Assembly (NCBI GenBank): GCA_963643175.1
Contig: CAVIJF010000003.1
Coordinates: forward strand, 9,649 to 73,648
DNA: 64,000 bases
Origin: a bacterium
Lineage (GTDB): Bacteria > Bacillota > Clostridia > Oscillospirales > CAG-272
Direction: 5' to 3'
The first letter of the stretch is position 1, and the number at the start of each line of letters is the position of its first letter. The notes under the pieces are model-generated. The model had not been told where the DNA came from, did no database searches, and was given only the letters and a program-made list of their open reading frames with translations. Shown here one piece after another: positions 28,509-36,922 of this stretch. Made by a program: the position numbers and the translations under genes.

Positions 28509-29438
28509 TTACTTGTTTCCGCCCGTCAGCTTCTCGATCTCGGCGGCGAAATCCTCTTCCTTCTTCTGGATGCCCTCGCCCTTCTCGAAACGGTACATCT
28601 CGACAACGGCAATCTTTCCGCCCAGCTCCTTGGCGGTCTTTTCCACGTACTGACCGACCTTCAGGCTGTCCTCCAGGAAGTATTCCATATCCAGCAGGCA
28701 GTTGCCCTCATAGAACTTGTTCAGGCGACCGACAGCCATCTTTTCCTTGATGGCGTCCGGCTTCTTGGACAGGGCAGGGTCGTTTTCGATCTGTGCCTTG
28801 ACGATAGCGGTCTCGGCCTCCAGTACGCTGGCAGGTACCTGCTCCCGGGTGATATAGGGCGTGGTGTACGCGCCGACCTGCAGGGCGATGTTCTTGGCGA
28901 ACTGGGCAAAGCCCTCCTTGTCAGCCACATCCGTGTCGAAACGGACGATAACGCCGATGGAACCCATGCCGTGGATATAGGTGCTGGTGATGCCCTCGGT
29001 CACGGCGAAGCGGCGGATGCTCAGCTTCTCACCGATCTTGAAGATCATTTCCTTCAGCTTCTCGTCCACGGTGCAGCTCTCGTCCGCATACTTGCAGCTC
29101 ATCAGAGCCTCCACGTCAGCGGGCTTGTTTGCGATGATGGTCTTGAGCAGGTTCTTGACGAACTCGCGGAACATCTCGTTCTTGGCAACGAAGTCGGTCT
29201 CGGAGTTGACCTCGATGATGGCGGTGGTATCGCCCTCCTTCATCACGTCAACCAGACCGTCCGCTGCGATACGGGTTGCGATCTTGGACTGAGCCTTCAG
29301 CTCGCCTTTCTCGCGCAGAATCTTGATGGCGGCGTCCATATCGCCGTCCGCCTCAACCAGTGCCTTCTTGCACTCCATCATGCCGATGCCGGTCTTTGCG
29401 CGCAGCGCGGCGACATCCTTAGCGGTAATAACAGCCAT
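28509..29438 (-). CDS. tsf: Translation elongation factor Ts
   Basis: MAVITAKDVAALRAKTGIGMMECKKALVEADGDMDAAIKILREKG. Confidence 0.95.
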   Translation of the reverse strand: MAVITAKDVAALRAKTGIGMMECKKALVEADGDMDAAIKILREKGELKAQSKIATRIAADGLVDVMKEGDTTAIIEVNSETDFVAKNEMFREFVKNLLKTIIANKPADVEALMSCKYADESCTVDEKLKEMIFKIGEKLSIRRFAVTEGITSTYIHGMGSIGVIVRFDTDVADKEGFAQFAKNIALQVGAYTTPYITREQVPASVLEAETAIVKAQIENDPALSKKPDAIKEKMAVGRLNKFYEGNCLLDMEYFLEDSLKVGQYVEKTAKELGGKIAVVEMYRFEKGEGIQKKEEDFAAEIEKLTGGNK

Positions 29439-29483
29439 GTTTCTCTATTCCTTTCTGCTTGTATCGGTATCGGAACGACCGGA

Positions 29484-30230
29484 TTACTCTGCGTCCGCGG
29501 GCTTCTCGGCAGGAGCCTCAGCCTCTGCGTCCGCCTTGGCGGTCTCCTCGCCCTGACGACCCTCAATCACGGCGTCTGCCATGACGGAAGAAATCAGCTT
29601 GATGGCGCGGATTGCGTCGTCGTTACCGGGAATCACATAGTCGGCGTCATCGGGGTCGCAGTTGGTATCGACAATGGCGATAACGGGAATACCCAGCTTC
29701 TTTGCCTCCAGAACAGCGATGTGCTCCTTGTGGGGGTCAACAATGAAGATAGCATCGGGCAGGCGCTCCATGGTCTTGATACCGCCCAGATTCTTCTCCA
29801 GATCGAAAATTTCCTTCTGCTTGGCGGCGACTTCCTTCTTGGGGAGCAGGTCGAAGGTACCGTCCTCCTGCATCTTGTTGAGGGTGTTCAGCCGATTGAT
29901 GGAGCGCTTGATGGTCTTGAAGTTGGTCATCATGCCGCCCGGCCACCGGACGTTGACATAGTACATACCGCAGCGCTCCGCCTCCTCGCGGATTGCCTCG
30001 GCAGCCTGCTTCTTGGTGCCGACAAACAGCAGGGTACCGCCGTTTGCGGACAGATCGCGCACGAAGTTGTAGGCTTCCTCAAACTTCTTGACGGTCTTCT
30101 GCAGGTCGATGATGTAGATGCCGTTTCTCTCCGTGAAGATGTACTCCTGCATCTTGGGGTTCCAGCGTCTGGTGTGGTGTCCGAAATGGACGCCGGCTTC
30201 CAGCAACTGCTTGATGGTTACGATAGACAT
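29484..30230 (-). CDS. rpsB: 30S ribosomal protein S2
   Basis: [30 protein letters not shown] is GAAGGAGGACATGAA. The C-terminus is acidic. Confidence 0.95.
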   Translation of the reverse strand: MSIVTIKQLLEAGVHFGHHTRRWNPKMQEYIFTERNGIYIIDLQKTVKKFEEAYNFVRDLSANGGTLLFVGTKKQAAEAIREEAERCGMYYVNVRWPGGMMTNFKTIKRSINRLNTLNKMQEDGTFDLLPKKEVAAKQKEIFDLEKNLGGIKTMERLPDAIFIVDPHKEHIAVLEAKKLGIPVIAIVDTNCDPDDADYVIPGNDDAIRAIKLISSVMADAVIEGRQGEETAKADAEAEAPAEKPADAE

Positions 30231-30375
30231 TTCATGTCCTCCTTCGGTTTTTCCACCACAGGGGCACAGGCGTACCGATCCCGGCAGCATCTGCCGGAAC
30301 ACCGGGCGTGCCGACTGCCACTGTGTGCGTAATTTTTTTGCTGCGTCGGATTTTGAGCATCCGCGCAACGGGAGA

Positions 30376-30404
30376 ATTATACCATACCGCGCGCCGTTCC
30401 GCAA
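30376..30404 (-). promoter_or_regulatory. Sigma-70-type promoter of rpsB-tsf
   Basis: The minus strand reads TTGCGG-17 nt-TATAAT. Confidence 0.5.
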
Positions 30405-30503
30405 GGGAATACTGAAAAATTTACGTTTTATTTACATATAAGAAGGTGCGGGGCGGTCAGGAAATGCGGTCAGGAAATTTTGAAAAAAGTTTTTCGCAAC
30501 CCC

Positions 30504-30532
30504 TTGACAAACTCTGCCGACTGTGGTATAAT
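30504..30532 (+). promoter_or_regulatory. Sigma-70-type promoter of tRNA-Glu
   Basis: CCCCTTGACA-17 nt-TATAAT with an extended -10 TG. The tRNA begins about 19 nt after the -10. Confidence 0.65.
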
Positions 30533-30550
30533 ATGCGAGTCGTCACGTGA

Positions 30551-30625
30551 GGCCCCATAGTCAAGCGGCTAAGACGTCGCCCTCTCACGGCGAAGGCGTG
30601 GGTTCGATTCCCGCTGGGGTCACCA
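30551..30625 (+). tRNA. tRNA-Glu (anticodon CUC), CCA encoded
   Basis: Hand-folded cloverleaf. Acceptor GGCCCCA/TGGGGTC, anticodon stem TCGCC/GGCGA, loop CT-CTC-AC, T-arm GGGTTCGATTCCC, 3' ACCA. Confidence 0.9.
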
Positions 30626-30630
30626 ATTAC

Positions 30631-30679
30631 AACAAATCCGAACTGTTTCGTGAACCGAAGCGGTTCGGATTTGTTTTTT
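30631..30679 (+). terminator. Intrinsic terminator after tRNA-Glu
   Basis: ACAAATCCGAAC...GTTCGGATTTGT followed by TTTTTT. Confidence 0.75.
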
Positions 30680-30689
30680 ACCGTGCGGA

Positions 30690-30955
30690 TGCTGTTCCGG
30701 CGCCCGGCGGGGTGTGCCTTGCATCCCTGCACCGGAACAGTTTACGGGGTGGGTTCGCCCTGAGAGCCACTGCTCGCCCGGTGTGGCGCAGGGACTATGG
30801 CTTCCGGCACCTGCAAGGGAACCGGAAACCTTACGGTGTGTCAGCATCTTCCCGGCGCAGGCACAGGGGTGCCGGGGCGAAGCCCCCGGCGAAATAAAGC
30901 AGAAGTCGCCCCCCTTCCCTGGAGGGGAAGGGGGCGGGGGGATGGGGCATCCTCT
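30690..30955 (+). repeat. GC-rich intergenic repeat, copy D
   Basis: The core is at 30854-30947. Hairpin 1 is the variant GCCGGGGC-gaa-GCCCCCGGC, the linker is GAAATAAAGCAGAAG, hairpin 2 is CCCCCCTTCCC-tgga-GGGGAAGGGGG, and the tail is CGGGGGGATGGGG. Confidence 0.8.
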
Positions 30956-31001
30956 ATAAAACACCCATAAAATCAGATGGAAAGGAATTCGGTACCGAAC
31001 A

Positions 31002-31541
31002 ATGACATGGCTGTCCGTCAGACGGCACGTGGTGATGTGCCTTGTCAACCGCATACTGGCAGGAACACACTGCTTCCGGGCAAAGCGGAGACTGCTCCGC
31101 TCTGTCGGCTATGAAATCGGGCAGAATACCCGGATTGTCGGACCGCTGCACTGCACCGGCACCCTCCGCATCGGCTCGGACTGCTGGATCGGCGAAAACC
31201 TGACCGTGCACGGAAACGGCACCATCCGGATCGGCGACCGATGCGACATCGCGCCGGATGTTACGTTCCTGACAGGCGGGCACGCTGTCGGGGACAGCCG
31301 GCGCAGAGCCGGGGAAGGGCAGAATTACCGCATTACGGTCGGGGACGGCTCGTGGATCTGTGCGCGGGCAACGGTTCTGGGCAACACGGCGGTGGGGCGC
31401 GGAAGCGTGGTCGCTGCCTGCGCCTGTGTGACACGCGACGTGCCGGAGAATACGCTGGTCGCCGGTGTCCCCGCCCGGACTGTCCGGGTGCTGGACAGCG
31501 GCGACAGCCCGCCGGAACAGGTCAGCCGTTGTGCCCGATGA
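31002..31541 (+). CDS. Hexapeptide-repeat (left-handed beta-helix) acetyltransferase, sugar O-acetyltransferase-like
   Basis: Imperfect [LIV]-G-x4 repeats (IGSDCWIGENLTVHGNGTIRIGDRCDIAPDV...VGRGSVVAACACV) and the C-terminal motif LVAGVPARTVR. Confidence 0.75.
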   Translation: MTWLSVRRHVVMCLVNRILAGTHCFRAKRRLLRSVGYEIGQNTRIVGPLHCTGTLRIGSDCWIGENLTVHGNGTIRIGDRCDIAPDVTFLTGGHAVGDSRRRAGEGQNYRITVGDGSWICARATVLGNTAVGRGSVVAACACVTRDVPENTLVAGVPARTVRVLDSGDSPPEQVSRCAR

Positions 31542-32064
31542 GCCTGCCGTACAGGCGGCGTATCCCGCACTTCCAGCAGAGTAGCATACCCGCCGCCGCG
31601 CCGACTACCGCCTGCAGAATTTCAAACGGCAGCTTGTCAATGGCGGCGGCAGGCGTGCCGTAGATGAACGCCTTCCCGAAGGTGTAGCCTGCCACCATGA
31701 TGACGGCGCCGAGGCTGACGCCGATGCCGGACGCGAGCACCGGCTTTTTCTTCAGAATATAATGGGCGAATACCGAAATCACGACCGCCTGCAGACCGTG
31801 CGTGACCAGCGACACGAACATGGGTAGCGGGTAGAATAACATGTCGCCCAGGAAGGCGCCAACGCCGCCGACCATGAATGCCGCCAGCGGATCCATGAGA
31901 ATCGCCGCTGTGCAGATAATGACGTCGTTCAGGTAGAAATGCCCGCCCGGTACCGGTACGCTTACCGGACATACGGCGATGTTCATTGCCATCAGAATGG
32001 CGGTGGTGCACAGCCAGACGGTAGCCTGCCGTCCGGTTCTTTTTCCTTGTTCTCGTATGCTCAT
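31522..32064 (-). CDS. Small polytopic membrane protein, ECF-transporter S-component-like (possible vitamin B6-related substrate)
   Basis: 180 aa with 5-6 TM helices and Gly-rich helices typical of S components. It lies divergent to a MocR/PdxR-type regulator. Its 3' end overlaps the acetyltransferase gene by 20 nt. Confidence 0.5.
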   Translation of the reverse strand: MSIREQGKRTGRQATVWLCTTAILMAMNIAVCPVSVPVPGGHFYLNDVIICTAAILMDPLAAFMVGGVGAFLGDMLFYPLPMFVSLVTHGLQAVVISVFAHYILKKKPVLASGIGVSLGAVIMVAGYTFGKAFIYGTPAAAIDKLPFEILQAVVGAAAGMLLCWKCGIRRLYGRLIGHNG

Positions 32065-32104
32065 GACTGTTTTGCTCCGTTCCGGAAAATTTACAAAATA
32101 GCGC

Positions 32105-32133
32105 TTGCATTCCGCAGGCGCTTTTATTATAAT
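32105..32133 (+). promoter_or_regulatory. Sigma-70-type promoter of the MocR-family regulator, back-to-back with the S-component promoter
   Basis: The plus strand has TTGCAT-17 nt-TATAAT. The minus strand has TTTACA-16 nt-TATAAT, sharing the same AT-rich -10 block. Confidence 0.45.
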
Positions 32134-32139
32134 CCGGAA

Positions 32140-32190
32140 TGGTATTCTGTAAAGCACCAAAAAGCAGAATTATCATGATACCAGATACCA
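32140..32190. promoter_or_regulatory. Candidate MocR operator: TGGTAT ... ATACCAgATACCA
   Basis: One TGGTAT at 32140-32145, then a direct tandem ATACCA at 32178-32183 and 32185-32190, all in the 144-bp divergent intergenic region. Confidence 0.4.
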
Positions 32191-32208
32191 GACAGGGGAG
32201 GAAACGCC

Positions 32209-33645
32209 ATGTTTCTGTACGACCTTGCCGGCGCACCGGGACGCTCGCTGTACGACCGGCTGACCGGCTGTATCCGCCGGGATATTCTGGAGGGGCGCCT
32301 GCCCGCCGGGAGCCGCCTGCCCTCCAAGCGCCGTGCCGCCGCCGCATGGGGCATCAGCGTGGTTACGGTCATGGCGGCGTATGATCAGCTGCTCGCCGAG
32401 GGCTACCTTGTGTCCGAACAGCGTCGGGGCTACTTTGTCGCGCAGGTGGAGCAGTGGGAGATGCATCCGGCGGTGTCTGTCCCGCCACCGCCGGTCGCCG
32501 CCCCCCCGATGTCCGGGCAGATCGGGCAGTCTGGGGACGGCGTGATTGACCTGATTCAGAACCGCGTGCCGCCCGACCTGTTCCCGCTGTCGGTGTGGAA
32601 CCGCCTGTCGCGGCGGGTCTGGCGGGAGGAGGGGCAGACCCTGCTCCGGCGGACGGACTACAACGGTCTGCCTGCCCTGCGTGCCGCCATCCGGGACAGT
32701 CTGTGCGAGAGCCGAGGCATCCGCGCCGGGGCGGAGAATATTCTGGTCAGCGCCGGAAACGAGCAGCTTTACGCAACGCTGCTGACTTTTCTGGGGCGGG
32801 AGAACGTGTTCGGCGTGGAGGATCCCGGCTACCCGCTGATTGCCCGCCTGTACGGACAGAACGGCGCGCGTGTGATTCCGCTGCCGCTGGATGCGGCGGG
32901 GGTCATGCCGGACGCGCTGGAACCGGCGGGCGTCCGCGTCCTGCACATCTCGCCCAACCACCATTTCCCGACCGGTATCGTCATGCCGGTCGGGCGTCGG
33001 CAGGAACTGCTGGCGTGGCTGGCGGGCGCCCCTGACCGATACATCATCGAAGATGACTACGACAGCGAATTCCGCATGGAGGGGCGCCCCATTCCCTCCC
33101 TGCAGAGCATGGACGGCACGGGGCGCGTGATATATGTCAACACGTTTTCCAAGACCGTTGCGCCGTCGCTGCGTATCGGGTATGCCGTCCTGCCGCCGGA
33201 GGTCAGCCGGGCGTACCGGGAACGGCTGGGTTTCCTCTCCTGCCCGGTGTCGGTGCCGGAGCAGTACATTCTGGCGGCATTCATGGCGGACGGTTCGCTG
33301 GCGCGGCACATCAGCCGGATGCGTACCCGGTGCCGCGCCGTGCGGGACGCACTGCTTGCCGCGCTTGCCGCCTCGCCGCTGGCGGAGCGCTACACCGTGT
33401 CCGCAGCAGAGGGCGGACTGCATTTCCTGCTGCACCTGCACACGGCACTGCCGGATACCGCCCTGTGCGCGGCGCTGGCGGCGCAGGGTGTGCGGGTGCG
33501 GTCGCTGCGCGACTATTTCGCACAGCCCCCGGCAGCGGATACGCATACGCTGGTCATCAGCTACGCCGGGCTGTCCGCCGACCGCGCACAGGAGCTGGTC
33601 CACCGGCTGGACGCCGTCACGGCTGTCACGGAAAACCAACCGTGA
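32209..33645 (+). CDS. MocR/PdxR-family transcriptional regulator (GntR wHTH fused to fold-type-I aminotransferase-like domain)
   Basis: N-terminal GntR HTH (LPSKRRAAAAWGISVVTVMAAYDQLLAEGYL) and an AAT-like domain with a PLP-lysine context (TFSKTVAPSLRIGY). Confidence 0.88.
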   Translation: MFLYDLAGAPGRSLYDRLTGCIRRDILEGRLPAGSRLPSKRRAAAAWGISVVTVMAAYDQLLAEGYLVSEQRRGYFVAQVEQWEMHPAVSVPPPPVAAPPMSGQIGQSGDGVIDLIQNRVPPDLFPLSVWNRLSRRVWREEGQTLLRRTDYNGLPALRAAIRDSLCESRGIRAGAENILVSAGNEQLYATLLTFLGRENVFGVEDPGYPLIARLYGQNGARVIPLPLDAAGVMPDALEPAGVRVLHISPNHHFPTGIVMPVGRRQELLAWLAGAPDRYIIEDDYDSEFRMEGRPIPSLQSMDGTGRVIYVNTFSKTVAPSLRIGYAVLPPEVSRAYRERLGFLSCPVSVPEQYILAAFMADGSLARHISRMRTRCRAVRDALLAALAASPLAERYTVSAAEGGLHFLLHLHTALPDTALCAALAAQGVRVRSLRDYFAQPPAADTHTLVISYAGLSADRAQELVHRLDAVTAVTENQP

Positions 33646-33673
33646 ATATTTTGTAACCTTTTCCCCCAGCCCC

Positions 33674-33702
33674 TTGCAATTTGACAGGGGATGGTGTAAA
33701 AT
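33674..33702 (+). promoter_or_regulatory. Sigma-70-type promoter of PEP carboxykinase
   Basis: CCCTTGCAA-17 nt-TAAAAT. Confidence 0.45.
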
Positions 33703-33803
33703 ACAAACTGGGTAATGAAGGGCGTTTGACCGGAAATGCATTTCCGGAACATCTGCGCCGCTTTGCCTGCCAAATGAGACACCGAACAAGGAGGAATTTC
33801 AGA

Positions 33804-35600
33804 ATGAATCCTACAAACAATCAACACGTGCTGAGCTGGCTGAACGAAATGGCAGCCATGACCAAGCCGGACAACATCGTATGGATCGACGGAAGCGAGG
33901 AGCAGGCGAACGCGCTCCGCAACGAGGCGCTTGCCAGCGGTGAACTGATCCGGCTCAATCAGGAAAAGATGCCGGGCTGCTACCTGCACCGTACCACGTG
34001 GGATGACGTGGCGCGCGTGGAGGGTCGCACCTTCATCTGCACCAAGACCAAGGAGGACGCAGGCAACATCAACAACTGGATGGATCCTGCCGAGTGCCGC
34101 GCCAAGCTGACCAGGCTGTATACCGGATGCATGAAGGGACGCACCATGTATGTTATCCCGTACTCCATGTCCATCGTCGGCTCCCCCTTCGCCAAGTACG
34201 GCATTGAGCTGACCGACTCCATTTACGTCGTGATGAACATGGAGATTATGACCCGCGTCGGCAACAACGTGCTGGAGGCGCTGGGCGATTCCCACGACTT
34301 CATCAAGGGTCTGCACTCCAAGGCAACGCTGGATGCCGAGAACCGCTATATCGTCCACTTCCCGGAGGACGACACCATCTGGTCCATCAACTCCAACTAC
34401 GGCGGCAACGTCCTGCTGGGCAAGAAGTGCTTTGCCCTGCGTATTGCCTCCTACCTCGGACGCAAGGAAGGCTGGATGGCGGAGCATATGCTGATTCTGG
34501 GCGTCACCTACCCGGACGGCACCAAGAAGTATGTGACCGCCGCTTTCCCGTCTGCCTGCGGCAAGACCAACCTTGCCATGCTGATTCCGCCTGAGGTATT
34601 CCAGAAGCAGGGCTACAAGGTCGAGACGGTCGGCGACGATATCGCATGGCTGCGCGTCGGCAGTGACGGTCGCCTGTGGGCTGTCAACCCGGAGAACGGC
34701 TTCTTCGGCGTGGCGCCCGGCACCAACGAGAAGTCCAATCCCAACGCACTGCACACCTGCATGAAGGATACCATTTTCACCAATGTCTGCCTCAACACCG
34801 ATACCGACACGGTCTGGTGGGAGGGCCTGGACAAGAACCCGCCTGTCCACGCCATCAACTGGAAGGGTCAGCCGTGGGACTATCACACCTACGACAAAGC
34901 GGACAAGGTGAACACCTCCGGTGCGCATCCCAACAGCCGCTTTACCGCCAAGGCTACCAACTGCCCCTGCCTCAGCCCTGCTTTCTATGAGCCGAACGGC
35001 GTGCCCGTGGACGCCATTATTTTCGGCGGTCGCCGTGCCCGCACCGCGCCGCTGGTGTATCAGTCCACCTCCTGGCAGAACGGTACCTTCGTCGGCTCCA
35101 TCATGGCGTCCGAGACGACGGCTGCTGCCGCCGGTGCGGTCGGTGTCGTCCGCCGCGACCCCATGGCAATGCGTCCCTTCGTCGGCTACAACATGGGCGA
35201 CTACTGGGCACACTGGCTTGAGATGGGTCTGAAGATTCCTCATCCGCCCAAGATTTTCCATGTCAACTGGTTCCGCACCGATGACGAGGGCAACTTCATC
35301 TGGCCCGGCTTCGGCGATAACCTGCGCGTTGTGCTGTGGATTCTCGCCCGCTGTGCCGGCAAGGTTGACGCGGACATCACGCCTATCGGCTACCTGCCCA
35401 AGGCGGAGGATATCTGCATCGACGGTCTGGAGGGCGTCACGGTTGATACGATCCGCAACCTGCTGTCGGTGGATACCGCGGCATGGCTGGAGGACGTGGA
35501 GAACATCAAGGCGTTCTACGCACAGGTCGGCGACCATGTGCCGCAGGCTATGTACGACGAGCTTGCCGCTTTGGAAGCCCGCCTGAAGGCTGCCCTGTAA
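33804..35600 (+). CDS. pckG: Phosphoenolpyruvate carboxykinase (GTP)
   Basis: GTP-PEPCK signatures: FPSACGKTNLAML (kinase-1a P-loop), GDDIAWL, NWFR. RBS is AAGGAGGA. Confidence 0.92.
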   Translation: MNPTNNQHVLSWLNEMAAMTKPDNIVWIDGSEEQANALRNEALASGELIRLNQEKMPGCYLHRTTWDDVARVEGRTFICTKTKEDAGNINNWMDPAECRAKLTRLYTGCMKGRTMYVIPYSMSIVGSPFAKYGIELTDSIYVVMNMEIMTRVGNNVLEALGDSHDFIKGLHSKATLDAENRYIVHFPEDDTIWSINSNYGGNVLLGKKCFALRIASYLGRKEGWMAEHMLILGVTYPDGTKKYVTAAFPSACGKTNLAMLIPPEVFQKQGYKVETVGDDIAWLRVGSDGRLWAVNPENGFFGVAPGTNEKSNPNALHTCMKDTIFTNVCLNTDTDTVWWEGLDKNPPVHAINWKGQPWDYHTYDKADKVNTSGAHPNSRFTAKATNCPCLSPAFYEPNGVPVDAIIFGGRRARTAPLVYQSTSWQNGTFVGSIMASETTAAAAGAVGVVRRDPMAMRPFVGYNMGDYWAHWLEMGLKIPHPPKIFHVNWFRTDDEGNFIWPGFGDNLRVVLWILARCAGKVDADITPIGYLPKAEDICIDGLEGVTVDTIRNLLSVDTAAWLEDVENIKAFYAQVGDHVPQAMYDELAALEARLKAAL

Positions 35601-35622
35601 GCTGTTCTGTCGGTTTGTCTGT

Positions 35623-35654
35623 CCCCGCTCCTGCAAAAGGGAGCGGGGCTTTTT
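35623..35654 (+). terminator. Intrinsic terminator of pckG
   Basis: CCCCGCTCC-tgcaaaag-GGAGCGGGG followed by CTTTTT. Confidence 0.75.
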
Positions 35655-35658
35655 GCAC

Positions 35659-35695
35659 GGTTACAGTTGACAACTGTCAGCTGTCAGCTGTAACC
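35659..35695. other. Compound palindrome / nested repeat
   Basis: GGTTACAG-TTGACAACTGTCAGCTGTCAG-CTGTAACC. It contains the CAGTTGaCAACTG palindrome and a tandem CTGTCAG. Confidence 0.5.
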
Positions 35696-35809
35696 TTCCC
35701 GGTCGCGTGCACAATAAATGGCAGGGAAGCGAGATACGCAACACGCGAAAAGGAGGATACTCGCATGGAGCAGAACCAATCACGCGACCTGCCGCCGGAG
35801 GAGAACACC

Positions 35810-36090
35810 GACCGGCAGGCACCGCTATTCCCGGGCGGGGAGGCGGACGGGGCACCGGGGCAAGCTCCTTCCGGCGCCGCAAACTGCCCGGTACGCAGTG
35901 CCGCATGGTCGCAGTCGCGGGGGTGCAAGGGGCGAAGCCCCTTGCATAAGATAGCAAAAATCTCCCCCTTCCCCGCTGGGGAAGGGGGTCGGGGGGATGG
36001 GGCCAAAGAAAGTCATACAGGAGCCGGGAAAACCGCCGGGCGCGAAAACCGCCAACGCACAAAAAAGCAACGCCTCCAACGCAAAAATTT
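35810..36090 (+). repeat. GC-rich intergenic repeat, copy E (closest to consensus)
   Basis: The core is at 35911-36002. Hairpin 1 is TGCAAGGGGC-gaa-GCCCCTTGCA, the linker is TAAGATAGCAAAAATCT, hairpin 2 is CCCCCTTCCCC-gctg-GGGGAAGGGGG, and the tail is TCGGGGGGATGGGG. Confidence 0.8.
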
Positions 36091-36100
36091 TCAAAACCCC

Positions 36101-36129
36101 TTGACAAACAGGGAAAAGTGTGGTATACT
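36101..36129 (+). promoter_or_regulatory. Sigma-70-type promoter of infC-rpmI-rplT
   Basis: CCCCTTGACA-17 nt-TATACT with an extended -10 TG. Confidence 0.6.
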
Positions 36130-36134
36130 ACCCC

Positions 36135-36385
36135 TGCAATGAAGCGAAGCTGCCTGGCTTCCACCGCACCGCCGCAGAGCGCGTCCGGTCAATATCCGAT
36201 TCCGGATCCCCCGGACTTCGGAGATGGAGAGCGTTTTCCCGCATCCGGGAGAACTGCCGCGCCGGGCTGTGTGCTTCGGGGCGGTTTATTTTTTTCGGAA
36301 TTGCCGGGGACGCCCTGCCGGATAAATCGGCGATTCCCTGAAATTCCGTACCGAAAATCAGACAAGCAAGAGGAGGTGCGTACCC
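36135..36385 (+). promoter_or_regulatory. Long infC leader with internal attenuator terminator (L20-leader-like cis-regulator)
   Basis: About 250 nt lie between the promoter and the infC start. The hairpin CCGCGCCG...CGGGGCGG followed by TTTATTTTTTT at 36257-36295 sits 90 nt before the RBS. Confidence 0.5.
36311..36347 (+). promoter_or_regulatory. Conserved leader hairpin motif (copy 2), between the attenuator and the infC RBS
   Basis: CGCCCTGCCGGATAAATCGGCGATTCCCTGAAATTCC. See copy 1 at 1905-1945. Confidence 0.35.
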
Positions 36386-36922
36386 ATAGGCACGAATGCA
36401 AAGGAGGCCCAGACCCTCATCAATGAGGCTATTGATGCACGGGAGGTTCGGGTCGTCAACGCAGAGGGACAGCCGCTCGGGATTATGAGTTCCCGTGAGG
36501 CGCTCAGACTGGCTTACGACAAGGATATGGATCTGGTTCTGATTGCTCCCCAGGCGCAGCCGCCGGTCTGCAAGATTATGGACTACGGCAAGTACTGCTT
36601 CGAGAAGCAGAAGCGCGAGAAGGAAGCCAAGAAGAAGCAGCAGGTCGTCGAGCTGAAGGAAATCCAGATTTCCTACCGCATCGACACGCATGATTATGAA
36701 ACCAAGCTCAATCAGGCGCGTAAGTTCCTGTCCGCCGGCAATAAGGTCCGGGTGGTCATGAAGTTCCGCGGACGTGAGATGAGCCATATGGCAATGGGAC
36801 GGGACGTTCTGGAGAAGTTTCTGACGGATACCCACGAGGTGGGCGTCTGCGACAAGAAGCCGGTGCTGGACGGACGTTTCATGAGCATGGTCATCAATCC
36901 GCTCCCCAACAAAGCCAAGTAA
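36386..36922 (+). CDS. infC: Translation initiation factor IF-3, predicted non-canonical ATA start
   Basis: In-frame extension upstream of the track ORF gives (M)GTNAKEAQTLINEAIDAREVRVVNAEGQPLGIMSSREALRLA, a typical IF-3 N-domain. AGGAGGT lies 8 nt before the ATA, and no canonical start is in frame. Confidence 0.85.
   Translation: MGTNAKEAQTLINEAIDAREVRVVNAEGQPLGIMSSREALRLAYDKDMDLVLIAPQAQPPVCKIMDYGKYCFEKQKREKEAKKKQQVVELKEIQISYRIDTHDYETKLNQARKFLSAGNKVRVVMKFRGREMSHMAMGRDVLEKFLTDTHEVGVCDKKPVLDGRFMSMVINPLPNKAK

Noticed and set aside
31522-31541. A 20-nt convergent overlap between the acetyltransferase and S-component genes, considered as a sign of a mis-called gene.
   Set aside because: Both reading frames have family-like sequence up to their stop codons. 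Short convergent overlaps occur in compact genomes. The overlap is noted but not considered anomalous.
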